From: a virus
Taxonomy: Duplodnaviria; Caudoviricetes
Length of the DNA stretch: 56,794 nucleotides
Strand: one strand, 5' to 3'
Virus record (IMG/VR): IMGVR_UViG_3300032308_002493
Coordinates: 1 to 56,794 of that record
This document shows, one piece after another, positions 38,181 to 47,531 of this stretch. The position numbers were made by a program, and so were the translations under genes. Each line of letters starts with the position of its first letter. The stretch's first letter is position 1. The notes beneath the pieces were generated by a model. The model made no database searches. It was not told the origin of the DNA and saw only the letters and a list, made by a program, of their open reading frames with translations.

Positions 38181-39154
38181 TGGGTGGGGTGGGTTGTTGT
38201 GCAGGATGTGGGGCCCCTGAGCTGGGGGCTGGGTGGGCGTGATGTAGCTCTAAAACTCTTGCCAGTGGCACCATTGCCACCTGGGGAACCACGGCATTGC
38301 CCAGGGCCTTTAGGCGGTCCACCCTACCGGAAAACCCATCATCTCCTCGACAAATAACGGGTTTAGATAGGTAGCTGCGCCAGTTGGGATCAAGTCTGGC
38401 AATCGCTGCGGGCCATTGCGGCCGCGGGCTTCCCAGTTGGTGCGACCCTTCCAATCGTTGGCTGTAGGAGTGAGCAGCATCTGCCCCATCGCCGTCTCCA
38501 GGTTCCGGTGTTGCCGAGTCGCCTCCTTGTGCAGCTCGCAGGTCATTGCAACATTGGCTCGGGGAGTGGGAAGCAAATCCCGAAGCCTGGTCGCCAGCTC
38601 GCGGCTCTTGGTATCGGGCCTGGCCCGGGCTTTGTCTCGCCCACGCTCCCCATCGCTCGCTTTGGGGGTAGGCAACGCACCACCAGCGATCTCGTTGATG
38701 GCAGGCTCCCACAGCCGCTGCTGGTATGCACGCCCATTCCGTGTCATACCCTGCCGTGGCCAGGGATCCAAGAATGTCTCCCAACCCATTAGCAGTGATT
38801 GCTGCCACGTTCTCCAAGACGACGTAGCGGGGTTCCACCAAACAAATGACCCTAAGCAATTCGTAAAAGAGCCCCGATCGTTCACCAACCAGGCCGGCTT
38901 TCTTTCCCGCCTGGCTGATGTCTTGGCAGGGGAATCCGCCGCAAATAATGTCAGCTGATCCCAGGGGGGGTAAAGGTGCATATGTCATCGTGAATTCGAA
39001 CATTGGGCCAGTGCTTAGCAAGAATGCGCTGGCAAAACGGCTCACGTTCTACAAACTGAATTGTTTCAATGCCACCGAGCCAGCGAGCTGCCAGGCTGAA
39101 GCCGCCAATGCCGCTGAAGGTGTCAATCATGCGGAGGGGCGCAGCTGAAGCCAT
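38173..39154 (-). CDS. C5 cytosine DNA methyltransferase, alpha chain, frameshifted near 38964-38970
   Basis: FSGIGG (motif I) in one frame; GGFPCQ (IV), ENV (VI), Q-RDR (VIII), LGNAV (X) in another; break at a C7 tract. Confidence 0.85.
38310..38981 (-). CDS. Overlapping alternate-frame methyltransferase beta chain (TRD + motif IX)
   Basis: 223-aa nested ORF: three LPTP/LLTP units and LNPLFVEEMMGFPVGWT. Confidence 0.75.
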   Translation of the reverse strand: MHLYPPWDQLTLFAADSPAKTSARRERKPAWLVNDRGSFTNCLGSFVWWNPATSSWRTWQQSLLMGWETFLDPWPRQGMTRNGRAYQQRLWEPAINEIAGGALPTPKASDGERGRDKARARPDTKSRELATRLRDLLPTPRANVAMTCELHKEATRQHRNLETAMGQMLLTPTANDWKGRTNWEARGRNGPQRLPDLIPTGAATYLNPLFVEEMMGFPVGWTA

Positions 39155-39235
39155 TGATCTGTGGTGTTGGGGCCCCAATTCAGGGGCCCCTTAAGGATTA
39201 GGCCGCCATGCCCTGGGGATGCGGGCGGCGGGGCA

Positions 39236-39742
39236 TCAGGGCAGCGACGGCTTCGTCATCCCAGCCATCGGCCTGGAGCCAGCCGGCCAGGGAGACACGG
39301 CGGCGGGGGAGACACGGCGGCGGGGGGCAGGGGCCAACACCGGCACATGGGGGGCTGCTGGGGCTGTGGGCGCCACCGGTGCGGCTGGCTGTTGCTCGGC
39401 TGGCTGCTCAGCCCCTGGCTGCTCAGCCCTTGGCTGTTCAGCCTTTTGTTGGTGCTGGGTGGGATCGGCCAGATCCCCGGCGATGGCGGCCAGCCAGTTG
39501 TTAAGGGCCTCCACCGCCAGACGGGTGGCGCGGCCTGCCTGCCAGGTGCCCCGCACCAGGGCACCGGCGAGCTCGACGGCCAGCCAGATGGCGGCGATCA
39601 CTGGCAGGGTGCGCTGGGCCGCGGCATGCAGGTGCTGGCCCCAATCGGCGCGGGCAATTGCCTGGATGTGGGGTGCGGCAGTCCTGGCTGCTGTTTCGGC
39701 TGCGGCTGCAGCGGTTTCAACTGTGGCGAGAAAGCTTTTCAT
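39236..39742 (-). CDS. Hypothetical early protein
   Basis: Directly after promoter copy 3; AEQP repeats. Confidence 0.65.
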   Translation of the reverse strand: MKSFLATVETAAAAAETAARTAAPHIQAIARADWGQHLHAAAQRTLPVIAAIWLAVELAGALVRGTWQAGRATRLAVEALNNWLAAIAGDLADPTQHQQKAEQPRAEQPGAEQPAEQQPAAPVAPTAPAAPHVPVLAPAPRRRVSPAAVSPWPAGSRPMAGMTKPSLP

Positions 39743-39816
39743 TTTTTTTTTTGCTGGGTGGCGGGGCCCCTCGGCCCCGGTCCTTGCACTGTAGCGCGTC
39801 CGTAACGGAGTTGCAA
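39743..39816 (-). promoter_or_regulatory. Sigma70-type promoter copy 3 plus conserved leader
   Basis: TTGCAA-CTCCGTTACGGACGCGC-TACAGT, then GGACCGGGGCCGAGGGGCCCCGCCACCCA and a poly-A run. Confidence 0.8.
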
Positions 39817-40147
39817 GATGCTGAGCAATGCGGATTCATATTCCGCAACGGGGAAGCCAAGCACCAGCGGTTATGAATGCCAGCCGGCTGGTGTTCAGGA
39901 TTTGATCTGGGCTAGCAAACCGGGCATTGGCTGCGTTTGTAGCCTGGCCCCATCAATGCGGGCATCAGGTGCAGCTCACCCTGGGGATCATGCTGTTGTA
40001 TGTGCTGTATTCACTTGGTTGCGTATGGCGCTGGCATCGCGCCCCTCGCCTGTCGCTGCGGCGTCAAGCCAAGGCCTTAGCGATGGGCGCAGGATTTGCT
40101 GTTGGCAGCCGGCGGCACCGCAGTCGCCACCGGACTGGAGTGCTGGG

Positions 40148-41068
40148 TTAAACCAGAAGCAGCTGTTCGCTGGACAGCGCCGGCAGTCCGGCCTCGACCC
40201 GCTCCCACATTGTTTTGAGATGGGCCTCACCGCGCCTGGTCAGCACGCCGACCTGGCTGGTCGAGAAAGTTTTTGGTGCATGCCAATCAGCCATCAAATT
40301 GGCGGTCTCCTGTTGCGAAAGCTCATGGATCAGCCGCAATTGCATCGCGCTGGATTCCTCGGCCGGCAACAGTGCCAGCAGCCGCCACAACTGCTCCTGC
40401 TGTTCCTCCTGCTCCAGTTTTTCGTATTGCTGCTGCTTGCCCTGGGTGGCGCAGGGAAGAATGTCCTCCAGCGAGTGGCCGCTCTCCAGCCGTACTGATG
40501 TGCTGCCGCAGCCCTGAGCCTTCATTGCAGCCTGCACCCGCTCAAGGCCCTCAATTGTTTTGAGCCCTGCCATCTCCACCAGCTGCGCTTTGCTGAGCTG
40601 TTCAGTGGCAGTGGAAAGCACTTTTTTTACCCGATGAACATCATCGGTGGTGTTCACCGGTACGCGAATTAAACTGCTTCTATCGTTTACCGCTCTTTTG
40701 ATTCCTTGCTTTATCCACCAAAATGCGTAGGTGGAAAAAAGCCAACCCCGACAGGGGTCAAACATCTCGGCGGCGTGTTGAAGGCTGATTGCGCCCTCCT
40801 GAATCAACTCCTCCATCGGGGCCCGATGCTGATAGGGGCGGGCACATTTAATCACCAAACCCATGTTGCCCAGCACCATTCGATCCCGAGCCCGCCGGCC
40901 CCGACCGACCACCTTCTTGGGTGCTTGGTCGGGCCCCGTGGGCCAGTCCATCCAGGCGCGGATGTCGCGGCCATAGGCGATCTGCTGATTTGGCGTGGGG
41001 ATTGGATGCTTGCCAATAACGTTGTCCAAAATGCTGTCCACCACAGTGGGCAACCGCCGCTCTCCCAT
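40148..41068 (-). CDS. Phage-encoded sigma-70 family (RpoD-like) RNA polymerase sigma factor
   Basis: GRRARDRM--GNMGLV--A--Y, ELIQEG, FDP-RG--FSTYA-WWIKQGI-RA, LIRVP; region 4 HTH. Confidence 0.9.
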   Translation of the reverse strand: MGERRLPTVVDSILDNVIGKHPIPTPNQQIAYGRDIRAWMDWPTGPDQAPKKVVGRGRRARDRMVLGNMGLVIKCARPYQHRAPMEELIQEGAISLQHAAEMFDPCRGWLFSTYAFWWIKQGIKRAVNDRSSLIRVPVNTTDDVHRVKKVLSTATEQLSKAQLVEMAGLKTIEGLERVQAAMKAQGCGSTSVRLESGHSLEDILPCATQGKQQQYEKLEQEEQQEQLWRLLALLPAEESSAMQLRLIHELSQQETANLMADWHAPKTFSTSQVGVLTRRGEAHLKTMWERVEAGLPALSSEQLLLV

Positions 41069-41188
41069 GGCCTGCTTTAACGCAACGCACCATGAATATA
41101 TTGCGGCTGCATCCCGGCTGCAGGATAAAGCGACGGCGGCGTGGTTTTATCCGCCCCGCTGCCTAGCCTGGCCCAGGCGCCATTCCCC

Positions 41189-43219
41189 ATGTCCGGTCAA
41201 TCCCCTCCATTGCTAGAGGAGCGCAACGATGGCGTGTTGATCAATGCGCTGACGCGCATGGGCACCAGCCGTGACCGCTCCAGCTACACGGCCATAGCTC
41301 CAGTTCGCTTGCTGCAAGAGGAAGAGCTGGACAACCTCTACGTGAGCAGTTGGCTTTGCCGTCGGGTGGTGGACCTGGTTGCCAGTGAAGCCACCAGGTC
41401 CGGCTGGGGTATCGCCGTGGGAGGCGATGTGAATGAGGCCCAAAAAAAGCGCCTCGACAAACTGGTATCGGCCGGGGAAAGCCTGGGCATTCGAGATCAT
41501 GTGCGCGAGGCCTTGCGCATGGCACGCCACCATGGCGGGGCGGTGATTGTGCTGTTGCTCGACGACGGGCTACCAATCAGCAAGCCCGTGGATCCCAAAC
41601 GGCTGCGCTCGATTCGGGGCCTGTACGCGATGGATCGCTGGCGCATCTGGCCTGCCCCTGGTTGGTCTGGGGTGGGCGCACCGGATCGTTATCAATTTGT
41701 TGTATATCAAGACGACGATTTGAAGCGAGCGGGAATGGATGAGCAGGAAATAGGGGTGCCAATTCATAGTTCCCGTTTGCTGCGCTTTGACGGCGACCCC
41801 CTGCCCCCCAGGCTTAAAGGCCAGAACAACTGGTGGGGCGTGTCTGTGCTGCAGAGCCTCTGGGAGGTGTTTAAACGATATGAAACCGGACAGAAAAGCG
41901 GATCGGCCATCCTCGACGATTTCAGCCTTTTTGTGCAAAAAATAAAGGGTTTAGGCCAGATGGTGGCCAATGGGAAGGAGGCGGCAATTCAGGCCCGGCT
42001 GGAACTAAACGGCCTATGCCGGTCTGTGTTGGGAGGCATTGCCATCGATGCCGACGGCGAGGACGTTGCCTGGATCACCCGATCCCTGGGGGGCATCGAT
42101 ACGGTGATCGGCAAGCTGGAAACGGAAGTGCAGGGGGCCTCCAGGATCCCCCACACCAAGCTCTGGGGCGCGTCCCCCAGCGGTCTGGGGGCCAATGGCC
42201 GATCAGAGGATGCCGCGTTCGCAATGGAGGTGGGCCAGCAGCAGCAGGATCATTTGGATCGGCCCCTGCGCCGCTTTTACGAGCTGCTGGCTGCCTGTTC
42301 CCGCGGGCCCGCAGCCATGGAGCTGCCAGAAGACTGGAAAATCGATTTCCACGACACCTTTGTGCTTTCGGATTCAGAGGAAGCCGAGCTGCGCTCCAAA
42401 CAAGCAACCACAGATACCGCCTATATCAGGGAGCAGGTGATCACACCTACGGAGGTGGCGCTGGCTCGATTCAGCGGCGCCAAATTCTCCATGGAGACCG
42501 TGCTGCTCAACCGGGAAGCGGATGGCTCCATCCCCCAGCCCGATGAGGGCCCCGGCCCCGATTTTGGTGGTGACCTGGAATCGGCAGACACCACCGGCGG
42601 CGACCCAGCCAGCGGTGATACCCCCGATGAGCCCACCGCTCCAGCCGCATCAGCGGCGGCCGGCACCGCCGAGCTCACGCCAGAGGAGCAGGCCGCCGCG
42701 GCCAGGGGTGACGGCCTGGCAGGCGCCAGCGATCCCCGAGAGGATGGCTGTTGCTCCGCCTGCGATGAAGAGGTTGCGCAGCAGCAAAAAGACACCTCCG
42801 CACCGGAGGAAGAGCCCATCCCGGATGACGGCCAGGCCCTGGCTGCGGCCATCGCCCAGCGGATTGCCAAGCCCGGCAGCGCTCGGCGCCGCGGCAGGCG
42901 GGCTGGTGTGCGGGCCGATGGGGCTCGAATCACCGGCCGGCGGGTGGTGGCGGGCGTGCCGCTGGAGGTGCGGGCCGATGGTTCCGCCGCCCTGGTGGGC
43001 CCCTACGGCCAGCCAATTGCGAGGCTGAATGCAGCGGTAGGTTTTGACAGCGAGGGGCTGTGGGAGGTGCTGGGAGCTGGCGGCCAGTGGTGCGCTGTGG
43101 TGGGAGTGAACGATGCCGAGCTGGTGAGCACCGCGGCAGGGGCCAGCGCCCGGGTGAGGCGGCTGGATGGACTCGATTTGATCGCCATGGGTGTGAGGTG
43201 CGACAGCTATGGGAATTGA
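41189..43219 (+). CDS. Portal protein (DUF1073-like) with long C-terminal extension
   Basis: LY--SWL-RRVVD--A-EATR, IHSSRLLRFDG, WWGVSVL, IPHTKLWG-SPSGL-A-G; acidic extension. Confidence 0.9.
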   Translation: MSGQSPPLLEERNDGVLINALTRMGTSRDRSSYTAIAPVRLLQEEELDNLYVSSWLCRRVVDLVASEATRSGWGIAVGGDVNEAQKKRLDKLVSAGESLGIRDHVREALRMARHHGGAVIVLLLDDGLPISKPVDPKRLRSIRGLYAMDRWRIWPAPGWSGVGAPDRYQFVVYQDDDLKRAGMDEQEIGVPIHSSRLLRFDGDPLPPRLKGQNNWWGVSVLQSLWEVFKRYETGQKSGSAILDDFSLFVQKIKGLGQMVANGKEAAIQARLELNGLCRSVLGGIAIDADGEDVAWITRSLGGIDTVIGKLETEVQGASRIPHTKLWGASPSGLGANGRSEDAAFAMEVGQQQQDHLDRPLRRFYELLAACSRGPAAMELPEDWKIDFHDTFVLSDSEEAELRSKQATTDTAYIREQVITPTEVALARFSGAKFSMETVLLNREADGSIPQPDEGPGPDFGGDLESADTTGGDPASGDTPDEPTAPAASAAAGTAELTPEEQAAAARGDGLAGASDPREDGCCSACDEEVAQQQKDTSAPEEEPIPDDGQALAAAIAQRIAKPGSARRRGRRAGVRADGARITGRRVVAGVPLEVRADGSAALVGPYGQPIARLNAAVGFDSEGLWEVLGAGGQWCAVVGVNDAELVSTAAGASARVRRLDGLDLIAMGVRCDSYGN

Positions 43220-44738
43220 TCGCCGCGAACAGCTGGCCGAACAGCTCAGCGAGGCTTTGCGGGGCCTGGAAGACCCAGCAATCCAGCGCATCGGCCGCAT
43301 TTTTGAAGCAGCGCTGAGGGATACCGTGGCGCGGGTGTTTGAGCTGCTGGAGACGAATGCCGATCAGCCCGACTACAACCCCGCCAACAGCCCCGGTGCC
43401 TTTCTGGGCAGCACCCCAGATGGGCCGGTTCCCATTGAGCCGCTGCAAAAAAACCAGGCAGGGCTGCTGCTGCAGGCCCAGCTGATTCAAGATTTGCGGG
43501 TGGTGCTCAATGCGGTGCCGCTTAGCCCCGAGCGGCTGGAGCGATTGAACGGGGAGCTGCGCCAGCTGTTCGATCGGGCCCAGGACCTGGGCACCAATTA
43601 CGGACTGCAGCTGATTCAGGCAGATCTGGCCCCGGCCATGGTCCAGCTCGATCCCGATGGCACCATTCGCCAACTGCCAGGCCAGGAGGCAGCGCCGGCG
43701 GCGCCAGCATCGCCAGCGCTGCCCGGCACTGCCCCCCAGTCTCCAGCGGGGCCTCTGATTGGTGGTGGCCCCAGCCCCACCGGCGGACGGCCCACCGCCT
43801 CAGCCCCGGCCACCGGACCCGCCGGCCCCTTGGCAAGCGGCGGCCCTGGCCTCGGCCCCGATCGGCAGTATCAGGGCGGCCAGCGGCTGACGCGCTTGTT
43901 TGATCTTTCCGGGGCGGTGGTGGCCGCCGAGCGGGATTTCAAGGGCCTATCGGAAAACTACCGCCGCGAACGGGATTTAGCGACCGATCAACACGTGGCC
44001 GCGGCGAAGCACTATTACTCCAAATGGTGGGGCGAGTGGGGGGAAAGCGTGTCGTTTGAGACCTCGCGCCAGATGGCCCAGGGGCCGGACCCCAAAACCC
44101 TGGCGCGGAATTTGCGGGAGCGGATTCCCACGATCAACGAGGCGTTTCAAAATCGGGCGGAAACCATCGCCCGCACCGAAACCCTGATGGCCTCCGGCGA
44201 AGCCCAGGAGCGCTGCTGGCGCAAATTGCGCGTGGGTTTTGTGCAATACATGGCCACGCTGGACGAACGCACCTGTGAGTTCTGCGCCCCCCGCTCTGGC
44301 TGCATTTACTACATCGGCTCAGTAAAGAGCCCGATTCACCCCAACTGCCGCTGCCAGGAAACACCGGTGAGCCTGGAATCGCTGGCGATTGAAAACGACC
44401 TGGCGGATAAACCAGCCGAGCGGTGGGAGGCCCAGGCCAAGCGCCATCACAAAAACACCCTGGGCCATTTCTTCCGGGCCAATGGCAAGGGGGCCAAATT
44501 GCGGCCGGTGGGTGGTGCGGGTGATGAGCGCTTCACACCACGCGATTACCCGTTGATGGAGCGCAAGCAGCTGCCCCAATCCGTGCCCCGCCAGGGGCTG
44601 GGGGGGGAAGATCCGCTGAACCTGGCCGCCAGGCCCTGGCCCACAGGCGATCCGGTGTGGTGCCCCAGGCGCGGCTGGCTGGATCCAGCAGCCCAAGCCG
44701 CCTACGACGCGATCGTGCGCGAGGTGGCCGAGCTCTGA
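43209..44738 (+). CDS. Phage Mu gpF/SPP1 gp7-like head morphogenesis protein
   Basis: RAETIARTE, ATLDERTC--C--R-G, P-HPNCRC. Confidence 0.9.
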   Translation: MGIDRREQLAEQLSEALRGLEDPAIQRIGRIFEAALRDTVARVFELLETNADQPDYNPANSPGAFLGSTPDGPVPIEPLQKNQAGLLLQAQLIQDLRVVLNAVPLSPERLERLNGELRQLFDRAQDLGTNYGLQLIQADLAPAMVQLDPDGTIRQLPGQEAAPAAPASPALPGTAPQSPAGPLIGGGPSPTGGRPTASAPATGPAGPLASGGPGLGPDRQYQGGQRLTRLFDLSGAVVAAERDFKGLSENYRRERDLATDQHVAAAKHYYSKWWGEWGESVSFETSRQMAQGPDPKTLARNLRERIPTINEAFQNRAETIARTETLMASGEAQERCWRKLRVGFVQYMATLDERTCEFCAPRSGCIYYIGSVKSPIHPNCRCQETPVSLESLAIENDLADKPAERWEAQAKRHHKNTLGHFFRANGKGAKLRPVGGAGDERFTPRDYPLMERKQLPQSVPRQGLGGEDPLNLAARPWPTGDPVWCPRRGWLDPAAQAAYDAIVREVAEL

Positions 44739-44880
44739 CCTGGGGGCTGAATGGCTGCGGCTGGTCAGGCGGCAAGCGCCCAGGCAGTCGCCTAAGTAAA
44801 GAGTTGGTCCCATTGCCCAGGCCTGCTAGCACCATGCTAAATCCTGAATGGATCTGCTGAGTGTCCCGCACTTGGGACAC

Positions 44881-45117
44881 TCAAGGGGTTGACTGTTCTG
44901 TTCCCTGGTTTGGTGATGGCTCTTGCATGCCCTGCAGCGTTGCCAGGCGCATCTCCGAGGCTTGCATGCTCTGCAGCGCTGCCAAGCGCCTGTTTAGCCG
45001 CTGCTGCCGGCTGCGATCCTCCATGCAGCGCCAATCACATTCCCCGCCCCACCAGCAGGGTGGCGGGGGGCTGGCGCCGCCCGCTTTGTCGGCGATGGCC
45101 CTGATCTGTTCTTCCAT
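44881..45117 (-). CDS. Hypothetical protein
   Basis: Preceded by the late-promoter motif at 45131-45142. Confidence 0.45.
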   Translation of the reverse strand: MEEQIRAIADKAGGASPPPPCWWGGECDWRCMEDRSRQQRLNRRLAALQSMQASEMRLATLQGMQEPSPNQGTEQSTP

Positions 45118-45189
45118 GCCGCCTTCAAGCTGCGCCAGTCTGGCTAGGGCCGATCAGCCGGTTTAGCCTGGCGCAGCCGATCGCAGCGC

Positions 45190-45525
45190 ATGCGGGCCCA
45201 GATCGTCGAGACGGAGCTGGTCACAAGGCGCAGCTGGCATGGCAGCATCCGCGCAGCCTGGGGCGGGCAATGCGCCTACTGCGGCGCCACCGCTCAATCA
45301 CTCGATCACGTGATCCCCCGCAGCCGGGGCGGCCCCACCGTTCGTGAAAACTGCGTACCGGCCTGCCTGGCATGCAACGGAAGCAAGGGCAGCCGGGAGG
45401 TGCTGAGCTGGTGGCGGCTCCGGCCCGGCTGGTCGGCCCTCAGGGAGCAGCGGCTGCTGGAGTGGCTGGCGGGCAATAACAATGGCGGCAATGAGAAAGG
45501 GGCCCCGAAAGGCCCCTTTCCATAA
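45190..45525 (+). CDS. HNH endonuclease
   Basis: CAYCG...[11 protein letters not shown]...[12 protein letters not shown]. Confidence 0.9.
   Translation: MRAQIVETELVTRRSWHGSIRAAWGGQCAYCGATAQSLDHVIPRSRGGPTVRENCVPACLACNGSKGSREVLSWWRLRPGWSALREQRLLEWLAGNNNGGNEKGAPKGPFP
45495..45520. terminator. Perfect 10-bp hairpin between convergent units
   Basis: GAAAGGGGCC-CCGAAA-GGCCCCTTTC. Confidence 0.6.
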
Positions 45526-45611
45526 AGGGACAACTGGGGCCAACCTCGGAGGATTGGCGCCGACCAGCCGTGGGCCATCGCACTGGACTAAACGTAGCAG
45601 ATGAGCGGCGG

Positions 45612-46091
45612 TCATGGCTGCACCTCTTCATCCAAACTTTTTAAATATTGGTAGGCCTGCATTGCGGGCGTCGCGCCAAGGAGCGGATAGGGCATCCGAC
45701 GGTTAAGAGCATCAAATAATGCCTGGGCAACAGCCTTCCACTCGGCTGCTTTCTTCTCAGCCTTCACCCGCAGCGCGTGCGGCCTCTCGCCGTGGAGCCG
45801 CTGGACATGCACCAGGATCCGCCCCTGGCGCCGGGTGTGAAACTCCAGCTCCAGGTAGTTGGGAGCGGCGGCCCCATCCTTTTCCAGCAGGCCCTCAAAC
45901 ATGCCCGCCAGGAGCTCTGGGCCGCTCCCTCGGCAGCCCACTTCGATGCCTGTATCTCGGCCTATCTGCAGCCCGGCCAGATAGGGGTTAGCGATGATCC
46001 CCTCCAGCCGTTTTACTTCGCGCTCCAGCTGGCGAATGGTGCGCCACGGGGTCAAGAGGCGGGCGATGGCCTGCGTGATGCGGCTAATCAT
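45612..46091 (-). CDS. Hypothetical protein
   Basis: Coupled ORF with GAGGTGCAGCCATGA junctions at both ends. Confidence 0.65.
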   Translation of the reverse strand: MISRITQAIARLLTPWRTIRQLEREVKRLEGIIANPYLAGLQIGRDTGIEVGCRGSGPELLAGMFEGLLEKDGAAAPNYLELEFHTRRQGRILVHVQRLHGERPHALRVKAEKKAAEWKAVAQALFDALNRRMPYPLLGATPAMQAYQYLKSLDEEVQP

Positions 46092-46582
46092 GGCTGCACC
46101 TCTGCAGGGATAGTGGGATCGGCGGGGCACACCAACGGCGTCCAGTGGGTGTAGTACCCGTCCCAGTCAGTATCGAGCGGGCACCCTGTATACGGAGGCT
46201 CTTCAATCGGGAACCGCCAACACATAACAGGCCCATCGTCTTCGTGCCATTCCTCAAAAGGCCTGGCGACGGGCGCCGGTGCCAGGTTGTTGGCGGCGGT
46301 GGCGGTGGCGGCGGTGGCGGCCCAGGCGGTGGCGGCGGCGGTGGCGGCGGCGGCGGCCTCAGACAGCTGAGCTGTCACGTCGTCCCCCGCAAGGCGCCGC
46401 TCCAGCAGCCCGCACATGATGGCCGGATGGGGGCTGCTAGTTTTCGCCTCCAGCCGCCGCAGCAGGGGCACCAGAAACCGATCGTGGCACCGATCCCAGT
46501 CAATTACCGCGCTATCGGGCACCATCACAGGGGTGCTCAGGTAGCGTTGTAGAAATAAAAACCAGTCTGGCTGTTCAGTCAT
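46088..46582 (-). CDS. Hypothetical protein (Ala-repeat linker, C-terminal YTHWTPL domain)
   Basis: ARP-EEWHEDDGPV--W...YYTHWTPL. Confidence 0.7.
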   Translation of the reverse strand: MTEQPDWFLFLQRYLSTPVMVPDSAVIDWDRCHDRFLVPLLRRLEAKTSSPHPAIMCGLLERRLAGDDVTAQLSEAAAAATAAATAWAATAATATAANNLAPAPVARPFEEWHEDDGPVMCWRFPIEEPPYTGCPLDTDWDGYYTHWTPLVCPADPTIPAEVQP

Positions 46583-46617
46583 TGCAAAGCAATTGAGTGG
46601 GGATTAGTGATCTGTAG

Positions 46618-47352
46618 CTAAGGCGCTAGCCGTGCCTTAGCCCAGCGGTGCTGGTGATACCAGGCGGCGATTTCAGGGGCCCAACTTTGCAGGTGGGGCC
46701 ACATCAAATCGCAGAGCTGGCGAATTTCATCCTGGGCATCGAGCTTGGCCCGCAGGTCTAGGAAGTGCAGGAAGGCCCGCAGGCTGAAGCTCACCACAAA
46801 GTGTTGGCGAACGTCGAATGGAATTAACCCCCTGGCCTGCTCAAATGGCTCGCCAAGACAAACACTGAAGCGGTAGGAAAGGGCGGCTTCGTGGCAGCGC
46901 TTAACATCAAGGGCGCGCTTTTGGGTTGTGTATTCATAAGCCTTGCCGGAGTCTGGGTCTCTGTAAGTCCCCGCCGGCCTAATGTAAAACACATCTTCAA
47001 GGTCCAGCTCGCCTGTGGCAGCATCGCAGATGCGCACCCCCGTATAGCGTAGACTCTGCACATCGAACGAAACCCCGACCCGATGTGTGCGGGCCTGCTG
47101 CATCACGGAATGGGGAAACCAGCCCACGTTGAGTACGATCTGGCCGTGCTCCAGGGGCCCGTAGTGGCCGCGGTCGCCGGCCAATAGGCGCTTGACGCAG
47201 ATCTCGCCAGCCTTGGTTTCGTCAGGCCAACTGGCACGGCTATCGAATACAAAACCTTCGCTGTAGTCCTGGTGCATCGCCGCGTAGACGCACTGCTGGG
47301 GGTGGGGGGTGGCGGCGATCAGGTCAACTCTGAAGCGGGAATCCATGGTCAT
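46618..47352 (-). CDS. thyX: FAD-dependent thymidylate synthase
   Basis: GHYGPLEH, QQARTHRVGVSFDVQSLRY, EQARGL, HFLDLR---DAQ-EI. Confidence 0.95.
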   Translation of the reverse strand: MTMDSRFRVDLIAATPHPQQCVYAAMHQDYSEGFVFDSRASWPDETKAGEICVKRLLAGDRGHYGPLEHGQIVLNVGWFPHSVMQQARTHRVGVSFDVQSLRYTGVRICDAATGELDLEDVFYIRPAGTYRDPDSGKAYEYTTQKRALDVKRCHEAALSYRFSVCLGEPFEQARGLIPFDVRQHFVVSFSLRAFLHFLDLRAKLDAQDEIRQLCDLMWPHLQSWAPEIAAWYHQHRWAKARLAP

Positions 47353-47531
47353 TGTGCCACCTCCGAGCGATTACTAATGGCCTGAATACTGGGCGCAATC
47401 ACCACCGAAGCAAAGCCATATACGACCCAAACAAAAATTGACGCAAGAAGAAAAAGCTTAACAAGATGCCAAAGAATAGAGGAGAGCATTTGCCTAATCC
47501 ATGTGGGTGAGGTGGAATGCGCCATGGGCAA
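47349..47531 (-). CDS. Small membrane protein
   Basis: Long hydrophobic stretch; ATGA overlap with thyX. Confidence 0.5.
   Translation of the reverse strand: MPMAHSTSPTWIRQMLSSILWHLVKLFLLASIFVWVVYGFASVVIAPSIQAISNRSEVAQ

Noticed and set aside
39818-40151. ORFs between promoter copy 3 and the sigma gene
   Set aside because: Conflicting overlapping frames with weak starts and no motifs; I could not support a call.
41189-43219. Anti-CBASS Acb1 label often attached to DUF1073 portals
   Set aside because: No paired HxT/S 2H-phosphodiesterase motifs are visible in the extension.
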